Shown piece after piece: positions 9,820 through 20,409 of a stretch of 64,000 bases of DNA. The stretch is taken from the NCBI GenBank assembly GCA_945861715.1, contig CAMAVK010000002.1:10440-74439 (forward strand). Reading direction: 5' to 3'. Each line of letters begins with the position of its first letter. Position 1 is the first letter of the stretch. The DNA comes from Candidatus Woesearchaeota archaeon (GTDB lineage: Archaea; Nanobdellota; Nanobdellia; Woesearchaeales; GW2011-AR9). A program made the position numbers and the translations under genes. Under the pieces are notes generated by a model. It was given only the letters and a program-made list of their open reading frames with translations, did no database searches and had not been told where the DNA came from.

Positions 9820-10779
9820 TTAAAATTTAGTTCCTTCTATTGGACTGAGGGAAAATTCTTGATCGGCAGCAAGAGGGTGGTATTCCATTATTGATTCACT
9901 AAATTGGTTGCGTAGATCTGCGAGTATGTTTTTGAATTCTCTTGGGTTAGGCAAAAGAAAAGTTAACTGTATGTCATAATGTCCCATCAATTCTATGATG
10001 GTTTCACAATACGGATGATATTGATAATATGTTATAATTTGAGTTTTATGTGAAGGATTTCTAAGAGATATTAACACTTCATAATTTTGTAAGCCAAACT
10101 TGGTGTAATCAATTCTTGGTCGATAGGCGATGATTATTTTTTTCTTTTCTAGCTGTCTTAAACGGGCACTAATTGCAACAGCGCTAAGATTTATTTTCTT
10201 GGTCAGATCAACTACGCGCGTTTTAGCGTCTTTGCGCATTTCTTGAATAAGTAAGATATCTTTTTTGTCAATTTTTTCTTCAACGTCATTAAAGTTACTT
10301 TTTAAGTTGTATGTTATCTTTTTTTCGGGATTTAAAAACTTACGATTGAAGATTTGAATTTCAACAATGGCGATTAATTCTTTTTTGAGAATGAGTGAAC
10401 CGAATTTCATTAATAAATCATTATAGGTTTGGTTTAACTCTACATTATTTTTTGTACATATGGTCATAATGGAGTTCCATTCACCATCACAAACACCCAC
10501 CCAAATTATTTGTGGGCATTTTTTTATCCATTCCATCCAATGTTGTTCTTGATCTCTATTTAATGGTACAAATTTCAAAAGAAGACGATGATATACATAA
10601 CCTAATTTTCTAGGTGAGATAATGGAGTGTGAATCAATGATCACTCTTTGTTCTTCTAATTTTTTTATGCGATAGTGTGCAATATCCTTTGATATACGAA
10701 GATTTTTTGCTAGGCTGATTATCGATATCCTGGCGTTTGAATCTAATTTTTCTAAGATTTTTAGGTCAGTTTTATCCAT
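9820..10779 (-). CDS. tandem-domain Lrp/AsnC-family transcriptional regulator
   Basis: There are two HTH_AsnC-like N-terminal segments (DLKILEKLDSNARISIISLAKNLRISKDIAHYRIKKLEE and DILLIQEMRKDAKTRVVDLTKKINLSAVAISARLRQLEKKKII). Each is followed by a RAM-like region. Confidence 0.6.
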   Translation of the reverse strand: MDKTDLKILEKLDSNARISIISLAKNLRISKDIAHYRIKKLEEQRVIIDSHSIISPRKLGYVYHRLLLKFVPLNRDQEQHWMEWIKKCPQIIWVGVCDGEWNSIMTICTKNNVELNQTYNDLLMKFGSLILKKELIAIVEIQIFNRKFLNPEKKITYNLKSNFNDVEEKIDKKDILLIQEMRKDAKTRVVDLTKKINLSAVAISARLRQLEKKKIIIAYRPRIDYTKFGLQNYEVLISLRNPSHKTQIITYYQYHPYCETIIELMGHYDIQLTFLLPNPREFKNILADLRNQFSESIMEYHPLAADQEFSLSPIEGTKF

Positions 10780-10833
10780 TTTTACTAATAACCATTGTTT
10801 TTATATAAATATTCTTAGTTTTATTGTAATTCG

Positions 10834-11454
10834 ATGTATTTGCTCTTTATATATGTGGGAGATTGTGTCATTAATATGAAAACTATACCTCAGAAAGAAT
10901 CACATAAACCAGAATTAAGCATTGCTGTTTTAACACCTTATTTGTATATGAGCGTTGCCGAGTTTTGTGTTGATAAAGATGAATTTGCAATACAGGTGGG
11001 AAAATATTTATATGACCCCGATAATTTGCATAGTGTACGATATCTTGAAACAGATAAGTATATTTTACGTTTAGATAATCCTGTGAAAAATAATTTAGAA
11101 AAGCCAGAGGATGCCCATTTAGTTATTGCAGGTTGTGCTATTGAGACAGAATTTCAAGTATCTTTTATGAAATATTCTGGAGCGCTGGTTGCCCGTTATA
11201 GCATATTTCATGGCGGACCTTCACAATATACTGGTTTTGCGCCAGAGGTAGCGGGTTATGCGTTCGATGTTCCTAAGGAAATAAGTACTATTCGAGCATT
11301 GCTTGCTGATGATCAATTTCTTGAAGCTATACTTGAGAGAGAAGAGAGTAAAATTGTACGTGCAATTGAATCTTTGAATCAGGGGTTTGGGACGCCAATA
11401 ATTGTAACTCCCTATTTGTCGAAAGCTCTTCAGGTGGTACATACAAGGAAATAA
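10834..11454 (+). CDS. hypothetical protein (206 aa; alternative start at 10876)
   Basis: ORF only, divergent from the regulator gene. Confidence 0.4.
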   Translation: MYLLFIYVGDCVINMKTIPQKESHKPELSIAVLTPYLYMSVAEFCVDKDEFAIQVGKYLYDPDNLHSVRYLETDKYILRLDNPVKNNLEKPEDAHLVIAGCAIETEFQVSFMKYSGALVARYSIFHGGPSQYTGFAPEVAGYAFDVPKEISTIRALLADDQFLEAILEREESKIVRAIESLNQGFGTPIIVTPYLSKALQVVHTRK

Positions 11455-11488
11455 ATAGATAGTACTGTTATTTTTTTATAATTAATGA

Positions 11489-13111
11489 TTAATCTAGTTT
11501 GAATGAGTTGTTGGTGTTTTCTTTTGGTTTACCAAGAATTATGTCGTCAATTCTAAGAATCATTTCGGCTACTTGAGTGGCGGATGCGAGGGCGACGGTT
11601 TTGATTGAAAGTGGTTCAAAAATTCCTTCTTGCTCGGTGTTGAGGAGAAGGTTGCTGTTGCTCATTTGATTAATCTGGTTTGCAGCTTGGGTATAAGTGG
11701 AAGGTTGTGTGTTTATTCCCAGTGTTGATAGGCCATTTTGATGTGCGGCTTTTAGAGCAGTCATGGAATCCATTGCATCAAGACCTGCGTTTTGGGCAAG
11801 GGTGTGAGGGATTGATTCTAGTGCTTTTGCGTAGGCTTGGATTGCTAATTGATTTCGGCCGCTTTGGGTTTTTGCGAATTCTTCGAGTGCTAAAGCAAGA
11901 TGAATTTCTGTTGCGCCCGCGCCGGGAAGCATACGTTTGTCATTTATAGCGGCGCAAATGTCTCCTAGGGCGTCTGTACATGCTCGTTTGCATTCTTGGG
12001 CGTTTTGAGGTGTTGGAGCACGTAGGAGAATGGTGATTGCTTTGGCGTTTGGACAGCCGCTTACAACTACCATTTTTGTTTCACCAATGAGACGTTCTTC
12101 TACTGTTGAAGCACTGCCTAGAATGGCAGTGGTGAGGTCTTTTAGAGAGCTACATATTTTGGCGTTCGTGGATTTTTCAAGTAGTTCCATGTCACTTTTT
12201 TTTACCCGTCTTAGTGCTAAGATATTTGCTTTTGCAAGATAGTATTGCGCTAAATCATCAATTCCTCGTTGACATATTACCACTGTTGCTCCGCTTTGGA
12301 TGATATTGGTGGTTATGGATTTGAGGTGTTGTTCTTCGTGTTCTAAGAATTGTTGAAGTTGTTTTGGATCTGATAGCTGGATTTTTGCGTCGATATCGGT
12401 TGAACGTACTTCGAGGGGAATGTCGACAAGGAGGATTTTAGCGTTTTCAATTTTTGATGGCATACTTGGATGCACTCGTTCTTTGTCAAGGATGATTCCA
12501 ACAATAAGTTCACTTTTTTCTGTGGTTGGTCCAACTTCGAGTTCTAGTTTAATGTTTTCTTGATTGAGAGATTCTTGGGTGCGGACATGGTCGAGAGCGT
12601 CGATAAGTAGGGATGCGAGATGTTCTTTGTATCTTTCAATTCCTTTCCCAGTCATGGCGGTGGTGGCAATTTGATGTAAGGTATTTCTGTTTTCAATTGG
12701 TTTTGAGAAACTGATTAGTCTACGTTGTGCAAATTCTTCTGCTTGTGCGTAGGCACGGATAATTATTGATGGATGGATTCCTTGGTCAATTAATCCTTCT
12801 GCTTGGCTGAGTAGTTCACCTGCGATGATGACTGCAGTGGTTGTGCCATCACCTACTTTATTTTCTTGGGTTTTAGCAACTTCAACAAGCATTTTTGCAG
12901 CAGGATGTTCGATTTGCATTTCTTTTAGGATGGTTACACCATCATTGGTTATAGTGATGTTTCCCGCTTGGTCTACGATCATTTTATCCATCCCTTTTGG
13001 ACCTAAAGTTGATTTGACGGTGAGAGCAATGGCTCTAGCTGCTGCGATGTTGCTTCGCAGAGCGTCACGTCCTTGAATTCGTTCTGGGTTGTTTGCTAAG
13101 ATCTCAGGCAT
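11489..13111 (-). CDS. ths: thermosome subunit (group II chaperonin, Cpn60/TCP-1 family)
   Basis: 540 aa. [12 protein letters not shown], the ITNDGVTIL and [16 protein letters not shown] signatures, and the C-terminal GAGATEI equatorial motif are all diagnostic for group II chaperonins. Confidence 0.9.
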   Translation of the reverse strand: MPEILANNPERIQGRDALRSNIAAARAIALTVKSTLGPKGMDKMIVDQAGNITITNDGVTILKEMQIEHPAAKMLVEVAKTQENKVGDGTTTAVIIAGELLSQAEGLIDQGIHPSIIIRAYAQAEEFAQRRLISFSKPIENRNTLHQIATTAMTGKGIERYKEHLASLLIDALDHVRTQESLNQENIKLELEVGPTTEKSELIVGIILDKERVHPSMPSKIENAKILLVDIPLEVRSTDIDAKIQLSDPKQLQQFLEHEEQHLKSITTNIIQSGATVVICQRGIDDLAQYYLAKANILALRRVKKSDMELLEKSTNAKICSSLKDLTTAILGSASTVEERLIGETKMVVVSGCPNAKAITILLRAPTPQNAQECKRACTDALGDICAAINDKRMLPGAGATEIHLALALEEFAKTQSGRNQLAIQAYAKALESIPHTLAQNAGLDAMDSMTALKAAHQNGLSTLGINTQPSTYTQAANQINQMSNSNLLLNTEQEGIFEPLSIKTVALASATQVAEMILRIDDIILGKPKENTNNSFKLD

Positions 13112-13259
13112 GGAGGTTTTTTGGTTAGGGGAGTTTTTAAACTTTTATTTGGCAGAAGATAGCTGTTTTTTTTGTTTTAAAGTGGATACACTTCATTTTT
13201 TTAGTGGGAGAGTATTGATGTCATATGGTGTTGGTTTACACGTTAATTGTAATGCAAAT

Positions 13260-13300
13260 GGTATTGTAGATTCTATTGTAGACTATATTGTAATTGTAGT
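13260..13300. promoter_or_regulatory. four closely spaced ATTGTA(G) repeats in the divergent thermosome/MBL promoter region
   Basis: gtATTGTAGattctATTGTAGactatATTGTAATTGTAGtg is seen directly, between the thermosome start (13111, -) and the MBL gene start (13395, +). Confidence 0.35.
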
Positions 13301-13394
13301 GTTTGACTACCATAGTACTACCCTATCTTGCATTTTAGAGAATCAGAATCTTTATTAATGACTTTTTGAGTTAGTTGTTTAAGGTGATTAATGT

Positions 13395-14198
13395 ATGGCA
13401 AGCGTAACTTTTCTTGGTACCGCAGGTGGGAATGCTGTTTCTCGACAATCTCGTGCATCTGGCGGAATTATTATTGTAGTTGATGATGTTCAACTTCATT
13501 TGGATCCTGGTCCAGGTTCTCTTGTTAAGGCAAAGGAGTTTGGGGTTAATACGTCAAACACGACAGCTATTCTTGTGAGTCACAATCATATTAGTCATTG
13601 TAATGATGTTAATGCGCTCATCGAAGCGATGACACACAGTGGTATTGAGCATCGTGGTATTGTTCTTGCTTCTAAGTCTGTTTTACAGCAAACAGATTTG
13701 AGTTTTCCGGTGGTAACTAAGTATCATATGGGTTTAGTTGAGAAAGTTATTGCTCTTGAGAAAAATCATAAGGTGGGAATAGATAATGTGGAGATTCATG
13801 CTCTTCCAGTTCAACACACTGATCCTACCGCAATTGGGTTTAAAATAATCTGTCCTAAATTTACTATTGGATATTCAGGTGATACCGCATTTTCTTCGGA
13901 GTTTGTTGAGAGTCTAATGGGTGTTGATTTGTTGATATTAAACGTTACATATCCTGGTAAGCGCGCACAAGGTATGAATTTAGATACAGATTCAGCAATG
14001 AAAATAATTTCGACAGTTCGACCTAAGATGGCTATTATTACCCATTTTGGAACAGATATGTTGAAACTGGATCCGATTACAGAGGCTCGAGAAATTCAAC
14101 GGATTACAGGTGTGCAAACGATTGCTGCGCATGATGGGTTGACTATTTCGCCTGCTGGGTATCAACAGAATCAAAGTCCGATTAGAGGATATAATTAG
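13395..14198 (+). CDS. metallo-beta-lactamase-fold hydrolase
   Basis: ILVSHNHISHCNDV (a variant of HxHxDH) plus a downstream GYSGDTAF with His/Asp ligands. 267 aa, a typical MBL size. Confidence 0.6.
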   Translation: MASVTFLGTAGGNAVSRQSRASGGIIIVVDDVQLHLDPGPGSLVKAKEFGVNTSNTTAILVSHNHISHCNDVNALIEAMTHSGIEHRGIVLASKSVLQQTDLSFPVVTKYHMGLVEKVIALEKNHKVGIDNVEIHALPVQHTDPTAIGFKIICPKFTIGYSGDTAFSSEFVESLMGVDLLILNVTYPGKRAQGMNLDTDSAMKIISTVRPKMAIITHFGTDMLKLDPITEAREIQRITGVQTIAAHDGLTISPAGYQQNQSPIRGYN

Positions 14199-14270
14199 TT
14201 TTTCCCGTATTCTTTAGTTTTTAATTTATTATTCTTTTAAGTTGGTTATATTATCTGTGAATTATTTTTT

Positions 14271-14888
14271 TTACATCTTCTTTATGTTTTCTTTTATCAT
14301 CTCAACTATTTCTGGAAATTCTGGAATTTTGAAATGACCATTTTTACTTTCATAGATGATTATGTTTGCATTTTTGAGCTTTTTTTGGTATTTATCCGCA
14401 TGTGATACAGGGACACAATCGTCATTTTTTGAGAACAATAATGTTAAGTTAGGTGATTGTTTTTCAAGTAGGGAAAGGTCTGTTTTTAATTTGAATCCTC
14501 CTACTAAATCTTCTCCAATGAGGGTATTGTCATATGGTGGACATACTAGGTAGGTCGCCAGGATTTTTTTTGGAAATGTGTTCTCTGAGAGATATTTTGC
14601 AAAGAAGATTGCTCCTAATGATTGACCTAGGAGAATAATGTTGTCCTCTAACAAAGGGATATGTCGTTCAAAGTGGATTTTCCATTCATTGTATTTTGCG
14701 TTGTCTTGTAAGGGCATTCGGGGTCTGATTATATCTATATCTTTTGGAAGTTTAGTGGTTAGATATCCTTCTGCCCACCGTATTTTTGGTTCAATATTTA
14801 CTGCCCTATTTTTTAAAAAGTGGATGTAGTCTTTTTTATTTTTGAAAGTCATTCCACCGTTGATGTAAAATAATTGGATTTTTGCCAT
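14271..14888 (-). CDS. alpha/beta-fold serine hydrolase (RBBP9/YdeN-like)
   Basis: Nucleophile elbow ILLGQSLGAIF and a downstream conserved His region. Start moved to the internal Met (MAKIQLFYINGG) to remove overlap with the upstream gene. Confidence 0.5.
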   Translation of the reverse strand: MAKIQLFYINGGMTFKNKKDYIHFLKNRAVNIEPKIRWAEGYLTTKLPKDIDIIRPRMPLQDNAKYNEWKIHFERHIPLLEDNIILLGQSLGAIFFAKYLSENTFPKKILATYLVCPPYDNTLIGEDLVGGFKLKTDLSLLEKQSPNLTLLFSKNDDCVPVSHADKYQKKLKNANIIIYESKNGHFKIPEFPEIVEMIKENIKKM

Positions 14889-14931
14889 CTTGTTTATTGA
14901 TTTAGTTTTTCTTTGTTTTTTCCCGTCTCTT

Positions 14932-15915
14932 TTATATGAAATGTAATAGGTAGATGACTCCATATGATACTGCGCATCCAGCACTGATGAATAGCATGGC
15001 TGGATAGTATCGATTTGGTTTTCCGTAGAAGAATAATAAGGCTAAGGCGATTGTTGTGAAGATTGGAACTATTAATGCGGCGTTGAGGCCGTAGAGTTTG
15101 AGCATGACGCCGGTGAATAAAAGTGGGAAGGCGATGTCTCCACCACCTAATACTGCGGTTCTTGTTTCTTGTGTGGTTGTGGTTGTGTGTTGAGAAGGTG
15201 TGATTTTGGTGGTAGTCGTTGTTGCTGATGTTGTTTTACTGCTATGTGTAGTTGAACTTGTGCTATGTGTGGTTGGATTTGTGATATGTGTCTTTGATGT
15301 GGAACCTGGCATTCCTTGCTTGCTGTTATAGGGGATGTATAAGCCGGCAAAGAGCTGTGCTTTGGTTTGGGACTCAGCTAAGGTTACCATATGTTTTGAT
15401 TTCCATACGGCGTAGGCATCGTAGATGGAGATAAGGATTAAAAGCATGGTGATTGAGAAAAGATTGATGACGGGAACGAATAAGAGTGCAATTGCTGGGT
15501 AGATGAAGAGTTCTGTGAAATTGTGTATGTATATGTTTGGTTTGAAGACTTTCCATAAACCGAGTATAACTGCAAGTATGATAGCTATTGTTGGTTGGAT
15601 TATGACAGCGAAACTCGTTGTGAGTGTGGTCATGATGGCGAGAAGATACCATATTTTCCACACGATAAATAATTTGAATTTGATTAGGATTAAGAGGAGT
15701 ATAGTTCCGATGAACACCATGATGATTATTGGGATATAGGATGTTTGTTCTTCTAGTTGGGGGCGCTCTTGAAGTGCTAAATCTTTGAATTCTGTTTTTC
15801 CTGAATCGATCGATTTTTGTTTATCTATTGTGAGGTAGAGTAGACCGATACCAATAAGTTGTGAGAGAAGGAAGATGGTAAGGAGTATAGTAGTTATTTT
15901 GTAGTTGTGCTTCAT
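14932..15915 (-). CDS. presenilin/signal-peptide-peptidase-like intramembrane aspartyl protease (peptidase A22 family)
   Basis: Polytopic membrane protein with the catalytic YD (ISIYDAYAVW), GxGD (VLGGGDIAFPL) and PAL-like (YYPAMLF) motifs in the canonical order. A Thr/Ser-rich low-complexity loop separates the two catalytic halves. Confidence 0.6.
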   Translation of the reverse strand: MKHNYKITTILLTIFLLSQLIGIGLLYLTIDKQKSIDSGKTEFKDLALQERPQLEEQTSYIPIIIMVFIGTILLLILIKFKLFIVWKIWYLLAIMTTLTTSFAVIIQPTIAIILAVILGLWKVFKPNIYIHNFTELFIYPAIALLFVPVINLFSITMLLILISIYDAYAVWKSKHMVTLAESQTKAQLFAGLYIPYNSKQGMPGSTSKTHITNPTTHSTSSTTHSSKTTSATTTTTKITPSQHTTTTTQETRTAVLGGGDIAFPLLFTGVMLKLYGLNAALIVPIFTTIALALLFFYGKPNRYYPAMLFISAGCAVSYGVIYLLHFI

Positions 15916-16015
15916 GTGACTGTTTTTGCTTTATTTAGTATTAAATGTGGTGTTGTTACTTTTAAGGCGTTCTTTAGGGGATATCTTTTTATATGGTCCT
16001 TTTGTTTAATGATAT

Positions 16016-16915
16016 ATGGTTAGTGATACAAGGATTAGTAATACGAGGATTAGTGATGAAGTGCATCGATCACACTTAGTTGCTATTCTTCAAAATGCGG
16101 TTAATCCGTTGGTTTTTCCTTTGAGCTCTTCAATTGATCCTTATCAGGTTGTTGCTCGTGATCCGTTTTGTGTCAATTTTCCTTTTGATGCTCAGAAGTT
16201 TATGCTTAGTTATGAAAACCGATTTCGAGATCCCTTTCATTTAGAGGGGACTCAGGCAGCTACAAAACCATGGTTACATTATGTATATGGAATGGTTGCG
16301 TTGAATAATATGAAAGTTCGGTTTCCATTAGTTGATGAGGAGCGAGGTAAGTTTATTGCTGATGCTCTTGCGTTATGTTATCTTCACGATTTTCGTTATG
16401 CAAAATTGAGTTATAAAGATTTGCTTGTAACATCTAAACAAGAAAGAAATCTTCAGTTAGGAAGGGTAGTTTTTAAGGGAGCACTTGAATACATCGGTTT
16501 GGTTGATCGGGTTGATGAAATTAATTCATCTTTATCATATTTGGTGCATGAGAGTGTGGAGTCTCGAGGGGTGCCATCAACCTATAATGATATTCATGCG
16601 AAAGGTTCGGCATGTAAAGTTATGCTTGGTCATTTGGATTGGTTGTCATTTGCGTTGCAATATTGTGATGATAGAAGTTTGTCTGATATTGGTTGGCATG
16701 CGGTGAGGTTGTATCCTCTCCCTACTACAATTGCTACTGTTACCGTTGAGCATGGTGGTGCCTTGTCTACTGTTTCCATGGCACATACACAAATATATAA
16801 TACTATTTCTTCGTCAAAGAGTGTGGGTATCATGCGGTTAGCAGCAAGATCTATTTTGGGGAAGAATGTTGATTTGTTGCGAGAAATATTGCGTAAACCA
16901 TATGTTCCGATGTAA
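16016..16915 (+). CDS. hypothetical protein (299 aa)
   Basis: ORF only, convergent with the HerA-like gene. Confidence 0.4.
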   Translation: MVSDTRISNTRISDEVHRSHLVAILQNAVNPLVFPLSSSIDPYQVVARDPFCVNFPFDAQKFMLSYENRFRDPFHLEGTQAATKPWLHYVYGMVALNNMKVRFPLVDEERGKFIADALALCYLHDFRYAKLSYKDLLVTSKQERNLQLGRVVFKGALEYIGLVDRVDEINSSLSYLVHESVESRGVPSTYNDIHAKGSACKVMLGHLDWLSFALQYCDDRSLSDIGWHAVRLYPLPTTIATVTVEHGGALSTVSMAHTQIYNTISSSKSVGIMRLAARSILGKNVDLLREILRKPYVPM

Positions 16916-17008
16916 ATTTAATTTTTATCGGTTTGAGATATTGGAGTTTTATATGGGGAGAGGTAGTGTTTTGTTGACTGTTTTTATTGTTTTTATCAGG
17001 TTGTGTGG

Positions 17009-18583
17009 TTATGAGAAGTAGGAGTCATCCATTTTATTGGTTTTGTTTTGTTGTGATTTTGTTTGTTTTACGAATTCTTCAAATAAGGGTATTTTTATGG
17101 GAAGTGCACATTTCGTAAAGGTGCTTGTGACTAATGCTTCGCCCTTGTCGAGACTAGCTATTGTTCGTGTATCTTGCGAGAGGTCTTGAGGCGAGGATTC
17201 AATGACTGCTTGGCGTTCGGAATTCATTTCGAGTCCAAGAATTATTTTGGTGTTCATGTTGGCAAGAATATTTTTTGGGATTTCGGATGGGAGTTGGGTA
17301 ATTGCAATGAGTCCTACTTTGAATTTTCGTCCTTCTCGTGCGAGAGTTTCGAAGATGTTTGATCCTTGTTCAAGAACATTTTTTCCAAGTACTCTTGGTG
17401 CTTCTTCAAGAACTATGGAAATTGTTGGTTTACTATCGAGGATACCTGTTTTTTTGTGGTATTTGTATTTGTCAAATATTTCTTGGGTTATGATTGTTCC
17501 TATGAGGATTTCAAGAGACCCTCCGAAGTAACTCGTGTCGATAATTACTGTTCTTGCGGCTTCTAGGTCGTTTGTGATGTCGCTAATGGTATTTTTCCCT
17601 GCTATTTCGTCGAAGATTCCTTGGCAGCTTAAAGTTTTATTTTCATCAATATCTAGGCTTAGAAGGGTGATGAGTTTTCGTTTGACTACAGCAATTGTGT
17701 CTTGGTGGTATTGAACTCCTTCTATTTTTTCTTCTGCGATGAGTTTTTTGATCCATTGGGTTTGGAATTTTTTATGGTATGAATAAAGGCACATTTTTTG
17801 GGGGTCGCTAAAACTAATTGCTCCTTGAAAATGTTCTGGTTTGATTTGTTCAAGATTGAATTTGAGTGATTTTGCACCAGGCGGTGGGTTTGCGGGGGTG
17901 TAGTAGCGCACTTTGTCTTTATTTGGGTGGTCTTTGAGGCCAAGAGAAGTCCTTCCGTAGTATTCATCGTGGGGGTCCAACACAAGCATTCCTGCGTAGT
18001 TATGGGATGTGATGTCCCAGAGCAGACAAGACATAAGGTTACTTTTTCCTTTACCAGTACTTGCGGGAATGAGCACGTGGTGGCTTAGGATGTCTGTTCC
18101 GTTAAGTCTGAGGGGTTGATTTAATGATGTGCTGCCGGATCTGAGGGTGCCTAGAAAAAATGGGTTTTCGGGGGTAGTAAGGAAGGTGAGATCATCAGTA
18201 GCGAGTGCTCGTACGTGCGAGAAGAAAGGTGGTAGTTTTTTACATGTTTTGGTGGTGTTTGTGATGGTGAGGATGGGTTTTGCAATGGCGAGGGTATAAT
18301 TTCTAAGGCTTATATCCATTATTTCAAGATTGTCTTCTTCGAGGTTCATGCCTGCTATGAGTTCACGATTTTGGTCGGATATTTGCGAGGCAAAACTGAG
18401 ATCGAAGACTTGCAGTAGAAATTTTTCTTCAGGGGTTTCTATTATGAGTAGTTGACCTAATTCGACGTTTTGATTGGATTTAATGCGGATGATGAGTTTT
18501 GAAGCGTCTCCTGCGATGAGTTGGCCGATAATTTGAGGTGGCTGGGACATGTGATTTTGAGCGGGTTTGGGGTATTTAATCAT
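17009..18583 (-). CDS. HerA/FtsK-superfamily ATPase (DUF87-like), standalone
   Basis: N-terminal HAS-barrel-like region, Walker A-like [12 protein letters not shown], Walker B-like [11 protein letters not shown], and the C-terminal conserved [35 protein letters not shown] block typical of HerA-like ATPases. Confidence 0.55.
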   Translation of the reverse strand: MIKYPKPAQNHMSQPPQIIGQLIAGDASKLIIRIKSNQNVELGQLLIIETPEEKFLLQVFDLSFASQISDQNRELIAGMNLEEDNLEIMDISLRNYTLAIAKPILTITNTTKTCKKLPPFFSHVRALATDDLTFLTTPENPFFLGTLRSGSTSLNQPLRLNGTDILSHHVLIPASTGKGKSNLMSCLLWDITSHNYAGMLVLDPHDEYYGRTSLGLKDHPNKDKVRYYTPANPPPGAKSLKFNLEQIKPEHFQGAISFSDPQKMCLYSYHKKFQTQWIKKLIAEEKIEGVQYHQDTIAVVKRKLITLLSLDIDENKTLSCQGIFDEIAGKNTISDITNDLEAARTVIIDTSYFGGSLEILIGTIITQEIFDKYKYHKKTGILDSKPTISIVLEEAPRVLGKNVLEQGSNIFETLAREGRKFKVGLIAITQLPSEIPKNILANMNTKIILGLEMNSERQAVIESSPQDLSQDTRTIASLDKGEALVTSTFTKCALPIKIPLFEEFVKQTKSQQNKTNKMDDSYFS

Positions 18584-18702
18584 TTGGGGTTTTGGCTTTT
18601 TTAAACATGGATTTGCTGTTTATTCGTTGTTTTGGTGGTATTTTAGATATGGTCAGTCCTCAACAATAAGCTTTATAAAGAGAAGGGGGTTTTGGATTAA
18701 TT

Positions 18703-18957
18703 ATGGAAGCAACAATAATGCATTATCGCCAAGGGCGACATCATCAAAATTTGAAACAAATGATTCTTTATGTAGCTGATACTGCTGAAGCAGCTCAAAA
18801 GGTTGTTGGGAAGACTGTTTCATGGACTTCACCAAGTGGTACTGTGATTTCTGGAACTATTTCAGCACTTCATGGTCGAAATGGTCGTGTTCGAGCTATT
18901 TTTGCTGACAAAGGTTTACCTGGTCAGACATTAGGTCAGAAGATTCAGATAGTGTAA
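18703..18957 (+). CDS. rpl35ae: 50S ribosomal protein L35Ae
   Basis: 84 aa. HYRQGRHHQN...VSWTSPSGTVISGTISALHGRNGRVRAIFADKGLPGQTLGQKIQIV aligns throughout with archaeal L35Ae ([37 protein letters not shown]). Confidence 0.8.
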   Translation: MEATIMHYRQGRHHQNLKQMILYVADTAEAAQKVVGKTVSWTSPSGTVISGTISALHGRNGRVRAIFADKGLPGQTLGQKIQIV

Positions 18958-19100
18958 TTGTTTTTTGTTTATAGAATTTCTTTGTTTGATTACCTGTGTT
19001 GTTGATATTAAGATTTTATTTTGGTTCTTTATTCTGTTTTTTGTAAGAGAATGGGTATAATTACATATTCGCTGTGATGTGTAAAATTTAAAGAAAAGTA

Positions 19101-19715
19101 CTACAGGGTTGTAAGATACGTTTGAATTGATGATATGACTGCGGCAAGTCCATCTCTTACATCGGTGATGTCTTTTTCAGTCACTGCTCTTAGTAGAACA
19201 TCCGTTGTTGGCATTGTATCAATGAGTTTTGTTTTTACATCATTACGTTGCGTTTGAAGTGATGCAATCGCTGTGTTAACATTAAATTTTGCTGGGTCAG
19301 TGAATTTGGCCCGTTTTTCCCGTAAGCCGTGCAATGCTAAGTCAATTTCTTTGTGTAATAAAGTAATTTTACTTTTGTATACTCGAAGTTTTACATCTGA
19401 CTTTGCATCTAAAGCTTCTTCAGCATGTTTCATTGCATTTAGTATTGCACTTTCAGCTACTCCAATGTTTAAATGCTTTGATTTTGTTGCGTCTTTTGTC
19501 TTTGAGTTTTCTCGCGCTTGGTTGATATATTCGGAGTATTTCTCACCACGTTCTTTCCATTCTGCTTCAGCTTTTTTGTCCTCTTCTTCATCACTTACCG
19601 TAAAGAAGCGGATGGCGTAGTACACAATTAAGAAGCTAATTATCCAGCGTGCGTAGTCAATAAACTCAATTGCTGCGCCTTTTAGACCTTCTCCAATTAA
19701 TGGTTCAATTGCCAT
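19101..19715 (-). CDS. hypothetical membrane-anchored coiled-coil protein
   Basis: N-terminal TM helix followed by a charged, helical region. It sits 1 nt downstream of the preceding membrane-protein gene, so the two are probably one operon. Confidence 0.45.
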   Translation of the reverse strand: MAIEPLIGEGLKGAAIEFIDYARWIISFLIVYYAIRFFTVSDEEEDKKAEAEWKERGEKYSEYINQARENSKTKDATKSKHLNIGVAESAILNAMKHAEEALDAKSDVKLRVYKSKITLLHKEIDLALHGLREKRAKFTDPAKFNVNTAIASLQTQRNDVKTKLIDTMPTTDVLLRAVTEKDITDVRDGLAAVISSIQTYLTTL

Positions 19716-19716
19716 C

Positions 19717-20286
19717 TTAGTAGCCTGCGCCTCCTAAAAGTGCTAAGTGATGGCCCATGGCGGTTAAGATCCAGAGCATGAGAAGGCAGATGCCAAATTT
19801 GAGTGCGATTGTTCCTTTTGTTTCAGGAAGTGGTTTTTTTGTTGCTGGGTCAATTCCTGGGATTGTCCACATCCAATATGCGAGACCACCAATTGGACCT
19901 CCAATTAGTACTAAGGCTATCAAGGTTGACCAGCCTGCACCCATAGCGAGCAATGCTTCTGCGGGCATGAATACAGCGGAAATTGTTGCTACACAAAATG
20001 CGACGATTCCTGCGTGTTTACGTGATAAAAATGAGAGAGAGCCTGGTTTATTTGCAGCTTTATTGGCTCCTACAGCAGGAATTACGGCAAAGAATATTGT
20101 GAATAGCATTATCCAAATCAATAGTCTCACAAATCCTACTACTATCGTTTGGCTTGAGATTCCTAGAAATTGGAGTTGTCCAACATACACTAGATGATTG
20201 AATACATTTTGAAGTGTTGAGCCTAAATCTGCGAGAGCTAGTGGTACTGAAAGTAGTCCTAAACCTATCCACCATCCTCTTTTCAT
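19717..20286 (-). CDS. hypothetical polytopic membrane protein (189 aa)
   Basis: Four to five predicted TM helices and Gly-rich segments. No family recognised. Confidence 0.45.
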   Translation of the reverse strand: MKRGWWIGLGLLSVPLALADLGSTLQNVFNHLVYVGQLQFLGISSQTIVVGFVRLLIWIMLFTIFFAVIPAVGANKAANKPGSLSFLSRKHAGIVAFCVATISAVFMPAEALLAMGAGWSTLIALVLIGGPIGGLAYWMWTIPGIDPATKKPLPETKGTIALKFGICLLMLWILTAMGHHLALLGGAGY

Positions 20287-20409
20287 AGGGCTAGGAAGAA
20301 TTTTGGGCTTTATTAAGCTTTTGGCGAGGTGGGTTTTGTTGCAATGTTTCTTAGGGAGAGTTGATGGTTTTACAGTTTCGAAAATGTTTTAAAGGAATTG
20401 TGACATCAT

